Below are positions 18,215-27,600 of a stretch of DNA of 64,000 bases, piece after piece. Source of the stretch: a virus (Duplodnaviria > Caudoviricetes); IMG/VR virus record IMGVR_UViG_3300028602_000007, positions 56,755 to 120,754 of that record; one strand, written 5' to 3'. Below the pieces are notes generated by a model. That model did no database searches. It saw only the letters and a program-made list of their open reading frames with translations, and was not told the DNA's origin. A program made the translations under genes and the position numbers. Within the stretch, counting starts at the first letter, position 1; every line of letters begins with the position of its first letter.

Positions 18215-19603
18215 TTAAATTTTAATTTCATCTAATACTAATTCTAATTTTGCCATTTCCGACTTTATATCAACACGTCTTTGATATAGTCTAGTTAAAA
18301 TAACTCTAGCTACTGAATCTTTATTATTAGAAAATAAAGTATCATTCTTAGTAAAAATTATATTATCTGGTATAGGATCGTTTAGGTTTTGCATTTTCCC
18401 CAAATATACGTCAGGCGACATATTAAATTGTATAGTTAAGTTTGGGTACATTGATGCAAAATCATCTAACATTATATACTTATAATATCCAGGAATCGGC
18501 TTCATAACATATGCACCAGCATATGTAGAATCTTCATCTAAATCTCGTTTATCATTTGCTAAAAATTTACCATTTGCTAAAAATTCTCTACACATTAATG
18601 TTTCTGTAATAAAAACTGCACTAAATACTCTAGATACTTCAATATTTGCAATAATAGAAATTGCAAAAGCAACATCTAATAATTGTAATTTATCATCAAT
18701 TAATTTAACTAAACAGGTATCAATAATATTGTATTTTGCAAAATTAAAAGTATCTTGTTGCGCTTCTAGCATTGTAGAATAATCAGTCTTTAATTTAGTT
18801 ATTCCAAGAACTAGTTCTGAAATATAATCTAATTTATAATTTTCAACAACTTTATACGGTTTAGTATTCATAAATACTTCCATATAATCAAGAAGCCCTA
18901 AGTGTAATGGCATTTGAGATTTACCAATTAATTTATTACTTGTCATATTTTTCATTGGCTCAATTTTTAACCGTTTTGCACGATTAATTAAATATAACCA
19001 GTCAAACCCAATAACATTCCAACCTGTTAAAAATGACATTCGAGGTAAACATTTATGAAAAAAGAAAGTTAACATATCTATTTCTTCCTTAAAATAAATA
19101 TAATTTAAAGTAAACTTAGTATTTATTTTACTTTTTAATAGATATTCATTAACTTCATTAATCATTTGAGATTTAGCATTTTTATCAAAATCTTCAGTTG
19201 TTGATAATGTGAAAACTACATTATTTTCACCAACAAACGTAATTAAATTTACTTCCATTAATGCTTTTGATGGTTCTGGAAAATCTTGAGATTCTAATTT
19301 TATCTCAATATCTAAAAACGTTCGATTTGGGCTGTTTTCTGAATATAATGCTGACTTTTCAGCATTAGTTAATCTAGATTGAATTAATTCTTCTAATCTA
19401 AACCCACTTGGCCATTTAGTTGGAGCTTTTCTTAAAAACCGATCATCCCAATTCCTAAATTCAGTTGGATTAGTAGTAGTTACCCAATTAAATTGGTCTG
19501 CTTTTGGTATTGGTTTTTTAATAAATGCAATATTACCGTTATTATCAAAATATGATGCAATTAACGATGATGATTTTTCATCAAATTCTTTACTTATTAT
19601 CAT
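18215..19603 (-). CDS. Family B DNA polymerase, N-terminal subunit (exonuclease plus motif A); split polymerase
   Basis: LDIE (ExoI), GWNVIGFDW (ExoII), YNIID (ExoIII), YAGAYV and DFASMYPN (motif A). Ends before the KxxxNSxYG and YGDTDS motifs. Confidence 0.88.
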   Translation of the reverse strand: MIISKEFDEKSSSLIASYFDNNGNIAFIKKPIPKADQFNWVTTTNPTEFRNWDDRFLRKAPTKWPSGFRLEELIQSRLTNAEKSALYSENSPNRTFLDIEIKLESQDFPEPSKALMEVNLITFVGENNVVFTLSTTEDFDKNAKSQMINEVNEYLLKSKINTKFTLNYIYFKEEIDMLTFFFHKCLPRMSFLTGWNVIGFDWLYLINRAKRLKIEPMKNMTSNKLIGKSQMPLHLGLLDYMEVFMNTKPYKVVENYKLDYISELVLGITKLKTDYSTMLEAQQDTFNFAKYNIIDTCLVKLIDDKLQLLDVAFAISIIANIEVSRVFSAVFITETLMCREFLANGKFLANDKRDLDEDSTYAGAYVMKPIPGYYKYIMLDDFASMYPNLTIQFNMSPDVYLGKMQNLNDPIPDNIIFTKNDTLFSNNKDSVARVILTRLYQRRVDIKSEMAKLELVLDEIKI

Positions 19604-19877
19604 TTTTTATATTTCTATTAACATATGGAGCTGAATCTAAATAATCGAATGCAAAATTCCGTCTAGCCATAGATTTACTAATTTTTAATTCTTTAGATAT
19701 TGTATCAATTGCCCAATTATACCATTCATCATGTTGATCTTGTGTAACCGGAAATAATTTAAACCAATCAGGTGTTCTAATTTCATTTGGGTATTTATTA
19801 ATAATACTAGATACAGTTATATTATGATATTTTTTGAGCCACCAATTAAGAAAATCTTCTCTTTTTAATGTTTTCAT
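19590..19877 (-). CDS. Hypothetical protein
   Basis: Likely start MKTLKR at 19877, directly after the dUTPase stop. Confidence 0.6.
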   Translation of the reverse strand: MKTLKREDFLNWWLKKYHNITVSSIINKYPNEIRTPDWFKLFPVTQDQHDEWYNWAIDTISKELKISKSMARRNFAFDYLDSAPYVNRNIKNDNK

Positions 19878-19878
19878 A

Positions 19879-20352
19879 TTAATTATTATTTGTTGAACCA
19901 AATCCGCCTTCTCCACGAATAGAATTAGACGGAAACACTTCATCAAGAGTATCACAAAATTCTAAAGTTGCATGAATATATGGTAATAAAATAAATTGAA
20001 CAAGTTTATCACCTGGATTTATGTGTACATGTTTATCTCCAGTATTATATACATGTATATGAATTTCTCCTTGATAATCACTATCTACAACTTGAGCACC
20101 AACTACTAACCTTTTTTTAGTAGCTACTCCACTTTTATTAAATGCAATTAGAGCCATGTTATCTGGAACATTTGCTCTAATTCCACTAGGAATCAAAACA
20201 GATCCGCTCGGTGGGATTAATAAAGATGGGCCAATATCCGGAGGTACGAAAAAATCAATACCTGCTGATCCAGGAGTTCCATACTCAGGATCCTTTACTT
20301 CTCTAGTTTTAAATATTTTAAGTTTTTCCATAAAAAATTGCATTTTAATCAT
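19879..20352 (-). CDS. dut: Trimeric dUTPase
   Basis: SAGID, NKSG, VVDSDYQGE, GDKLVQ, RGEGGFGST. Confidence 0.95.
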   Translation of the reverse strand: MIKMQFFMEKLKIFKTREVKDPEYGTPGSAGIDFFVPPDIGPSLLIPPSGSVLIPSGIRANVPDNMALIAFNKSGVATKKRLVVGAQVVDSDYQGEIHIHVYNTGDKHVHINPGDKLVQFILLPYIHATLEFCDTLDEVFPSNSIRGEGGFGSTNNN

Positions 20353-20379
20353 CTTTTATATAAAATATATAAATAGTTT
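20353..20379 (-). promoter_or_regulatory. Putative early/middle promoter for dut-pol
   Basis: AAACT-N16-TAAAAG. Confidence 0.45.
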
Positions 20380-20495
20380 ACGTTTAGATACGCAATACTT
20401 TGATAAATAAGATAAGATACAGTTTAACATTTCAAAAAATATTAATTTTTGAAATTAAAGATTGAATAAATAATCAAAAATAATAACCGCATACG

Positions 20496-23400
20496 ATGGC
20501 AGAAAAATTAAATCTGAACAATTATAAGTCAAGTGGTGTATACACGATAGAAGTAGATGAAAGTCAAAATCTTTCTTTACCAATTTCGACAGGTCGTCTT
20601 ATTATAGGATCTAGTAAAAAAGGCCCTATCAATTCAGTAGTATTAATTGATAGTACAAGAACAAATAGACTTATTTATGGAGAAACTGATACTAAATTAG
20701 AGAAAAAAGGCAGCTACTTTCATAGAACAATTGATGTTGCTCTAAGAGAAGGTCCTGTTTATGCTATGAACGTTTTACCAGTAGATGATGACGATACTGC
20801 ATATTATACAACATTCAATACTGAATCTGGATCAAATAATTCAGTTTGGAATGCAACTCGATATAACGATTCAATGTCACATTTCTATAATACTCAAAAA
20901 TTATGGTTTGCTGATGGTGATATGGTTAATAAGTGGAAAAATATTAATTTAGGAGACGACTACTTATTAAATCCGTCAACTCACGGAAGTGCTGATAAAG
21001 ATGCTAATAAAATTTTAACATTAGTTAATTTATCTAGAAAAGACATAACTGCTTGGGTGAGATTAGCAAGCGTATCTGGATATGATATAACAGTTAAAGA
21101 ATATTATGCATTACTTGGAAATGATACTCAAATTCCTGAATATTTAAATATTGATGATTTTGTTAAAGATTATTTTATTGAAGTTATTGTAGTCGAAGGA
21201 GATTGGACAAATTACCAATCATTATCTAGCGATCCAGTATATAGCGAATATTTTAATGCAGATGGTATTATAAATTCAAAAATTGATGAATTTATTGCTT
21301 TACGTGAAATAACTTTATATAATCAATCAATTGGGTGTATTATTCCAGAATTTAGAGATTTAAGTAATACTATTGTAGCAATAGATACTGTATTTAATCG
21401 TAAATTCGCTCAATCTGGTATATACTTAGCAATTGATTATAATAAAATTGAAATGATGGATTTATCAAATTCAACATTTGATAGCGGATCTTCTACTGAA
21501 CCTATTGAAAATCAAAGACTTGATTTGATTGGATATGGTGTTGATGATTTAAATATTACATCTGGTTTAAATGATACTTATACAATTGATGATGGTATAA
21601 CTGGAACAAATGCAGTTGCTTTAATTGATATATTAAGTTACAAAAAACCTATCGATTCTACTTACCATTTTAAATTAGATACTTATTCTGAAACATATGC
21701 TAATAATAAAACTTATATAAGTGAAGTTGGTACAATCATTGCTACTGAAAATTCTAAACTTTATAATGCATGGATGAATGGTTTCATAGAGAGCGGAGAT
21801 ATTTACTATTTAGTTGATACTCCAGCTACTTATTACTTAGGTTGTGATGGTGTAATATACACACAATCTGAGACTAGTATTAATTATATAGTTTTTAATG
21901 TATATAAGGATATTACTAGAATATATCAAGAAACAAGATGGACCGCTGATAATGATTCAACTACAGATGATGATTATTTGAAAATTGAAAAATCAAACGC
22001 AAGTGCAGCTGATGCATATAAAAGAGATTTTGATTTAAAAAATGAAAATTATTTCTGTGCAACTACTTCAACTTCTCAATATTCATATCAAGCACCAAAT
22101 GTAATTACATTTACACTAAACGCAAGATTATATGGTAATCCTAATAAAAACGAAACTGCTAATACTGCGGTAGGATTCCCATATGATTCAGCTAACCGTG
22201 CAGAAATTGATGAATTCTTTAAAGTTGGTCGTTATATAAAAGCTAGAGTAACTACAGGTTCACAGCGTAATAGAATGTTAAGAATAGAAAGCGTATATGC
22301 TCAAAAAATTACAGATTCATCATATGGACCATCGGGATCAGCAATTACTACTTTAAAATACACAGTAACAGTTAAAGCACCAAATGATCCAAATACAATT
22401 GGTGTATATTTTGATACAACAAATGATCAATTTAAACTTAGAGTATATAAAGGAATACCAAATTATGCAACAAACTTAGTTGGTTATAAAATACCAGCTA
22501 TGGTATTAGATGATATTAATTTATATCCTAATGGTACTGCTGCTATGCAAAACACAATTATGGATTTCTTATTAAATTCAAGTAATTTGGGCGAAACTAT
22601 TTCAGATAATGAAACTTTAGATATTAGATATTTAATAGATTCATATGAAGGTCAGATTTATCCTGGTTCAAAACAACAATTAGCACAAATTGCAGCAAAT
22701 CATGGAAAATTATTAGTTATTGCAAATGCTCCATCTTTTGCACAATATGAAAAATCAGTAGATCCAAGTTTTATTGATTTACCTACTCGATTAATTTCAA
22801 CTGAATTTATTTCTACTGGTGGAGATATTAGTTCAAATCCTGAATTTTTATTTAAATTTGCAACTGGTGAAAAGAATGGAATTCCATTATCTTCATATAC
22901 TTCATATTTTATGCCAAACATTGTAATTTATGAAAATGGTAAAAATAAATCTATTCCACCTGCAATGTATGTAGCTAATGCATATATGAAAAAATATAAT
23001 AGTGGAAATACTTTTTCAATTGTTGCAGGAAAACGTGGAATTTTATCTGATCCTGAAATAGTTGGAGTAGAATATGATTTAACAAACACAGATAGAGATT
23101 ATTTAGAACCAGCTGGTTTTAACTTAATAGTTAGACGTAGAGGATTTGGTGTTATGGTATTTTCAAATAATACTGCATACCAAAAAGTTAATTCTGCTTT
23201 AAATAACATTCATGTTAGAGAAGCACTCATTACGATTGAAAAAGATATAGAACGAATATTATTAAACTTCTTATTTGATTTTAATGATACTGTTACACGA
23301 ATGAGAGTTAAAACTATGGTTAATAATTACTTGGAAGCAGTTAAAGATGCTAGAGGAATTTCATGGTTTGATGTTATCTTTGACGATAGTAATAATGGAA

Positions 23401-23546
23401 CTGAAGTTCTAGAAAATAATGCAGGCGTTGTTGATATTTTAGTTGATTTCCCAAGAGGAATTCATAAATTCATAAATAGAATTACAAGAACAAGAGTAGG
23501 TGGAAAACTTTCTTCACAATCTACTGGATTTACTCCGTCATTCTAA
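20496..23546 (+). CDS. Tail sheath protein, T4 gp18-like, with large insertions
   Basis: SGVYTIEVDES, GSSKKGPIN, PPAMYVA, LNNIHVREAL, FDFND and DDSNN sheath motifs. Confidence 0.92.
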   Translation: MAEKLNLNNYKSSGVYTIEVDESQNLSLPISTGRLIIGSSKKGPINSVVLIDSTRTNRLIYGETDTKLEKKGSYFHRTIDVALREGPVYAMNVLPVDDDDTAYYTTFNTESGSNNSVWNATRYNDSMSHFYNTQKLWFADGDMVNKWKNINLGDDYLLNPSTHGSADKDANKILTLVNLSRKDITAWVRLASVSGYDITVKEYYALLGNDTQIPEYLNIDDFVKDYFIEVIVVEGDWTNYQSLSSDPVYSEYFNADGIINSKIDEFIALREITLYNQSIGCIIPEFRDLSNTIVAIDTVFNRKFAQSGIYLAIDYNKIEMMDLSNSTFDSGSSTEPIENQRLDLIGYGVDDLNITSGLNDTYTIDDGITGTNAVALIDILSYKKPIDSTYHFKLDTYSETYANNKTYISEVGTIIATENSKLYNAWMNGFIESGDIYYLVDTPATYYLGCDGVIYTQSETSINYIVFNVYKDITRIYQETRWTADNDSTTDDDYLKIEKSNASAADAYKRDFDLKNENYFCATTSTSQYSYQAPNVITFTLNARLYGNPNKNETANTAVGFPYDSANRAEIDEFFKVGRYIKARVTTGSQRNRMLRIESVYAQKITDSSYGPSGSAITTLKYTVTVKAPNDPNTIGVYFDTTNDQFKLRVYKGIPNYATNLVGYKIPAMVLDDINLYPNGTAAMQNTIMDFLLNSSNLGETISDNETLDIRYLIDSYEGQIYPGSKQQLAQIAANHGKLLVIANAPSFAQYEKSVDPSFIDLPTRLISTEFISTGGDISSNPEFLFKFATGEKNGIPLSSYTSYFMPNIVIYENGKNKSIPPAMYVANAYMKKYNSGNTFSIVAGKRGILSDPEIVGVEYDLTNTDRDYLEPAGFNLIVRRRGFGVMVFSNNTAYQKVNSALNNIHVREALITIEKDIERILLNFLFDFNDTVTRMRVKTMVNNYLEAVKDARGISWFDVIFDDSNNGTEVLENNAGVVDILVDFPRGIHKFINRITRTRVGGKLSSQSTGFTPSF

Positions 23547-23561
23547 TTAAATATTTTAAAT

Positions 23562-23599
23562 AAAAAAAAAAAGGACTTCAATATGAAGTCCTTTTTTTT
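23562..23599. terminator. Bidirectional intrinsic terminator
   Basis: A11-GGACTTCA-ATA-TGAAGTCC-T8. Confidence 0.9.
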
Positions 23600-23603
23600 A
23601 TTT

Positions 23604-23700
23604 AGGCTGACTTTTGTGAATAATTAAATTTCTTTAAATATAACTACTTCTAAGTTAATATACAAACGCCAACTCCACCACTCGGTTTAAGTCCGAGAAC
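23604..23700 (-). ncRNA. Candidate structured ncRNA or structured 3' UTR (~100 nt)
   Basis: Locally GC-richer intergenic sequence with a CTCGG/CCGAG hairpin and long-range GTTGGCGTTTGT/ACAAAAGTCAGC pairing. Ends at the terminator. Confidence 0.4.
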
Positions 23701-23726
23701 TATTATTATTTAAAATTTTTTTATAA

Positions 23727-24389
23727 TTATGATAAATTTTCCTGATTTTCTTGATTCTCAATATTATCATCTTCACTTTTATCAATTTCATCTTCGTTTG
23801 AAGATTCTCCTCTAAGTTTAGCAAAAATTTCTTCTAATACTCGAATAGTATCAGTCGAATCATTGTGTAATATTCCAGTACCTCCAGCATTTGTCCATTT
23901 TTCAATATTACTTTCCTTATCATCAATTAAAATATCATTTTTTCCTTTAACGAATAAATCTTTTTTACTTGATAAAATTACTCTTAATTCTGGACGCTCT
24001 TCGTGCTCTTCTGGAGTAGTTACTGCTTTTCGCTGACTAAACCCTAAATTTAATTTAATCCATTGCAATTTACCATCTTTTGAATAATCACTTCTGCTTG
24101 GAGAAGATAAAATATATGGTTTATATCTATCTAAATAATCCCATAACTCTCGACCATCTTTTGTCCAAGGCAACCTTTTCCAAAAATATTCTTTACGTTT
24201 ATCAATTATTTTCCAAATTGAATGCTTTCCGAATTTATCTTCATATTCTTTTGGAGTTCTATGATGTTTGTTTGCTTTTAACCGTTTAAATCCACGTTTA
24301 AAATCAGTTAAAACTCCATCCATATCACAAAAAATACGAATTGGAGTTTCAGGCTGTAATTGTTCATTAATGAATTCATTAAAATTCAT
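23727..24389 (-). CDS. HAD-family 5'(3')-deoxyribonucleotidase-like protein
   Basis: FCDMDGVL, ILSSP, ILIDD. Likely start MNFNEFINE at 24389. Confidence 0.85.
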   Translation of the reverse strand: MNFNEFINEQLQPETPIRIFCDMDGVLTDFKRGFKRLKANKHHRTPKEYEDKFGKHSIWKIIDKRKEYFWKRLPWTKDGRELWDYLDRYKPYILSSPSRSDYSKDGKLQWIKLNLGFSQRKAVTTPEEHEERPELRVILSSKKDLFVKGKNDILIDDKESNIEKWTNAGGTGILHNDSTDTIRVLEEIFAKLRGESSNEDEIDKSEDDNIENQENQENLS

Positions 24390-24405
24390 TATTGTGTTTT
24401 TTAAA

Positions 24406-24720
24406 TTAGTCATATGTTTTAAAGTCAAATGATTTGTTTATAGAATTATCTATAATGCCAATCAAATCATTTGCCATCACTGCATGATATAAAGTATCAT
24501 TTAATTCAAGATCAAGTCCTGAATATTTTAAATACAAAACTTTATCACCAATTTTAAATGGTGAATTCTGTAACAAATGACCAACTGCAACTATGGTTCC
24601 ACTATTAGGTCTTTGTCTAGTTTCTGGTGGTAAAATTATACCAGTTTCAGTTTCTTTTTCAACTTCATCTGGTTTAATTAAAATTCTTTCATATAACGGG
24701 ATAAATCCTGGATTTTCCAT
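24406..24720 (-). CDS. groES: Co-chaperonin GroES
   Basis: PLYERILIK, ETETGIILP mobile loop, GTIVAVG, GDKVLYLKYSG. Confidence 0.93.
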   Translation of the reverse strand: MENPGFIPLYERILIKPDEVEKETETGIILPPETRQRPNSGTIVAVGHLLQNSPFKIGDKVLYLKYSGLDLELNDTLYHAVMANDLIGIIDNSINKSFDFKTYD

Positions 24721-24723
24721 ATA

Positions 24724-25830
24724 TTAATGTATTAAATTTTTTTTAAATTTAAAATATTTGAATCGCTCTAAATTCTCTAAATTAATTGATTTTTTAATAT
24801 TTGAACGTATTTCTTTTGGAAAAAATTTACTATTTAATCGTATTATTGAACGATTACGTTTATAATTATTCAGAATCATCTCAAATGAACTAGATTCACT
24901 TAATTTTATAGTATCACATATTATATTAATGAATAGCTTAGTAAACTCAGAATCATCAGAATCTATTAAATTAATGATTTCATTCCAATTAGTATTTTCT
25001 TTTATTAAATCAATTACTTTGTTAACTTTAGTCGGTGTTAATTTTCTATGTAATCTTGGTATTGAATCAGATTTATCACCTGCTAAAATTTTAGTTAGGA
25101 TTTCAAAAGTTGGATCAATTTTTAAATGTTTATATCCTTTAGTTGATAAATCATTAATAATATTAATGATTGATGAATTATTAATAAATGATGCATCTAA
25201 ATTAAATAAATCAATTTTACTTTCTTTAATTTCATTAAAGTTCTCGGTTGTATATATTCTTTTATATTTAGCCATCATTTTTGGCATTAATAATATAATT
25301 TTTCTAGTATTATTTTCAGCTAATTGGATTAAATCTTTATCAACTGTCCAAATACAAATATCATCATCTAATGATTCGCATAAATACGCAATTATATCAT
25401 CACCTTCTGCTCCATTAACTCTACTAAAATATAAACCATAATCGGTAGATAAAATAGGAATTAATTCTTCTCTAAAATAATCAAAAAATAAATATGAATG
25501 TTCATCAAATTTACGGTCTGCTTTATATTTAAAATCTTCACTTCCGTGTAAATCAGAATGTTGACTTATAAAATCATTCCGCCAACTCTTAGAATCAAAA
25601 ACAAAAAAAACCGAATCTAAATTTTCTTTAAATGGAAATAATATACTATTTAAGTAATTCATAGAAAAACGTTTAAATTCTCGAATACTAGCATCCTTAA
25701 GAATATACTTGTCTGAATATAAATCACTTACGTAAAAACGTTCTCCAACTGAAATGTTTTTAGCTAAAATATTTTTAACTATACTTACTGAAACACTTAA
25801 AAATGCATTTCCATCTATAATAATATTCAT
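24724..25830 (-). CDS. 5'-3' exonuclease / T4 RNase H-like
   Basis: IIIDGN, FDSKSWR, EGDDII, DKDL, GDKSDSIP. Confidence 0.88.
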   Translation of the reverse strand: MNIIIDGNAFLSVSVSIVKNILAKNISVGERFYVSDLYSDKYILKDASIREFKRFSMNYLNSILFPFKENLDSVFFVFDSKSWRNDFISQHSDLHGSEDFKYKADRKFDEHSYLFFDYFREELIPILSTDYGLYFSRVNGAEGDDIIAYLCESLDDDICIWTVDKDLIQLAENNTRKIILLMPKMMAKYKRIYTTENFNEIKESKIDLFNLDASFINNSSIINIINDLSTKGYKHLKIDPTFEILTKILAGDKSDSIPRLHRKLTPTKVNKVIDLIKENTNWNEIINLIDSDDSEFTKLFINIICDTIKLSESSSFEMILNNYKRNRSIIRLNSKFFPKEIRSNIKKSINLENLERFKYFKFKKNLIH

Positions 25831-25836
25831 TTTTTA

Positions 25837-26163
25837 TTATTTAGTATCTTGTTCTGTTGTTTTATCTGCACTATCGCTAGTAATTGGATTATTTTGTAAT
25901 TTAGTAATTGTTTTAATAGCTTTTGTAATTAATTCTGCTTCTGCTAAATTATATGAACCTTTAGATTGAGCATAATTCACACCATGTATTAATACAACTA
26001 ATGCATTATCAATTGACATTGTATTTAAAAAATTTTCCCAATCAGTTTCATTACTATAACTAATAGATCCAAGTAAAGTTGCTATTGGTTTTTGAGTTTC
26101 ATTATTTGAAGCAGGGTCACTATTTTTTAAGTGACCCTGTTCTTTTTTATTTTTGTCTAACAT
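25837..26163 (-). CDS. Hypothetical protein
   Basis: 108-aa ORF within the operon. Confidence 0.6.
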   Translation of the reverse strand: MLDKNKKEQGHLKNSDPASNNETQKPIATLLGSISYSNETDWENFLNTMSIDNALVVLIHGVNYAQSKGSYNLAEAELITKAIKTITKLQNNPITSDSADKTTEQDTK

Positions 26164-26178
26164 TAATCAAATATTTTT

Positions 26179-27225
26179 TTACATATCATTTAATAAAGAA
26201 TCTAAATCTGAATCAGATACTTCAGTAGTAGTACTTTCTAAATCTTTAGTATTATCTAAGGTATTAGTAACAGCAGTAAGTTCATCTAATTCTATAGAAA
26301 GAGTTTCACTCGTTTCTTGATGTGACTCCATTTTAGTTTGCGAATCATCAGATAAAGATATTTTACGATCATCTGTTTTTACAAATTGAGCTTTCATTTT
26401 AGGATCTCTTAATCCAGCTACTAAATTATTAATGATTTCTTTATGAGGAACTATTGCTTTAATAAATTCTGCAATTTTCGCATAATCGGAATCAGTCCAT
26501 TCCTTTATGAAATATTGACTTAAATCAGGAGAATTTTTTCTTAAAAAATCTTCTGTAAATTTAGCAACCTTTGGTTCAGTTGAAACTGGTATTTCTTTTC
26601 CATTATGTGTAATTATTAATGGACTAACTTCTTTCATAAATTGACTTTGTGAATAGTCTCTCCAGTTTTTAGTTTTGCGTTTAACGACTAAAACTAAGTC
26701 TTTACCATTAATTAAATCATAAGGATTAATTTTCTTAGCTGATTCAATTAAATCTGATTCAGGATGAAGTTCTTGTTGAATTAGTTGATCAATTCCATAT
26801 CCAAATGAATATACTTTAATTTGTCCTTCTAATTCTTCAAGTTGAGGATCTCTCTTTATATAAATTAATGAATAATAATTATAATATCGTTGAAAATATT
26901 TTCTAATATCTTCAACTAACTGAGGTTCTGACTCTTTTAAATTTTTGAGTTCAGTATCTAACGACCATAATATAGAAGGTGCACCAGTAGTAGATGGACA
27001 ATCTATATATAATCTTTCATTAGTTAAAGGATTAACTAATTTAGCTGAATATTTCTTATATTTACTTTGTTCTGGGTCTTCTACCCATGGAATAAATCGA
27101 ATAATCGATTTATATGTACCATTTTTTCCTTGATCAGGGCTAGGATTAAAAAGATTTGGATCAGATTGATTAGTTTTCTTTGAGTCTGAAAAGCTGTCTG
27201 GATTAAGATTAAAAAGATCTTGCAT
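26179..27225 (-). CDS. Single-stranded DNA-binding protein, T4 gp32-like
   Basis: IIRFIP, CP, GQIKVYSFG, PYDLING, DYSQSQF and acidic tail DLDSLLNDM. Confidence 0.85.
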   Translation of the reverse strand: MQDLFNLNPDSFSDSKKTNQSDPNLFNPSPDQGKNGTYKSIIRFIPWVEDPEQSKYKKYSAKLVNPLTNERLYIDCPSTTGAPSILWSLDTELKNLKESEPQLVEDIRKYFQRYYNYYSLIYIKRDPQLEELEGQIKVYSFGYGIDQLIQQELHPESDLIESAKKINPYDLINGKDLVLVVKRKTKNWRDYSQSQFMKEVSPLIITHNGKEIPVSTEPKVAKFTEDFLRKNSPDLSQYFIKEWTDSDYAKIAEFIKAIVPHKEIINNLVAGLRDPKMKAQFVKTDDRKISLSDDSQTKMESHQETSETLSIELDELTAVTNTLDNTKDLESTTTEVSDSDLDSLLNDM

Positions 27226-27263
27226 AGTTTTCTTAGTTTTTTTTAGTTTTTAATAGTTAAAAT

Positions 27264-27290
27264 ATTTTATTTAAAATACAAGTAAAGTTT
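27264..27290 (-). promoter_or_regulatory. Putative early/middle promoter for the gp32-like gene
   Basis: AAACT-N16-TAAAAT. Confidence 0.55.
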
Positions 27291-27293
27291 CAT

Positions 27294-27328
27294 AAAAAAA
27301 GTGAGTAACTTTAAAAATTACTCACTTT
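27294..27328 (-). terminator. Intrinsic terminator after the Hc1-like gene
   Basis: AAAGTGAGTAA/TTACTCACTTT stem with a T run on the minus strand. Confidence 0.75.
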
Positions 27329-27347
27329 AAAATTATAAAAAATACTA

Positions 27348-27536
27348 TTAGTTTTTAGAATTAGATTTTGTATCTTGGATATGAGTTCTCCCGGCTTGAG
27401 AAAGTTGCTTTATTTCTTGTAGAAGTTTTCTTGCTATAGTGCCTGCTGACTTATTATTCTTCACATAAAATTTATCATATTCAACTTCTAATTCATTAAT
27501 TTTTTCTTTAATTTCAGTTAACCAATTTTCTTGCAT
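27348..27536 (-). CDS. Histone H1-like (Hc1 family, Bacteroidota-type) small protein
   Basis: KNNKSAGTIARKLLQEIK matches the GNKAAGTRARK family motif; 62 aa. Confidence 0.75.
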   Translation of the reverse strand: MQENWLTEIKEKINELEVEYDKFYVKNNKSAGTIARKLLQEIKQLSQAGRTHIQDTKSNSKN

Positions 27537-27572
27537 ATTGTTTTTATTATTTTAATTATTATAATTTTGATT

Positions 27573-27600
27573 ATTATATATTAATTAAAAAAAATAGTTT
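27573..27600 (-). promoter_or_regulatory. Putative early/middle promoter for the Hc1-like gene
   Basis: AAACT-N17-TATAAT. Confidence 0.5.

Noticed and set aside
17500-18231. Possible frameshifted continuation of the DNA polymerase
   Set aside because: The ORF lacks polymerase motifs B and C and has its own plausible start at 18198.
23667-23680. CGCCAACTCCACCA resembles a tmRNA/tRNA 3' end
   Set aside because: No T-arm GTTCGA and no matching 5' acceptor strand upstream. The minus-strand structure explains the region better.
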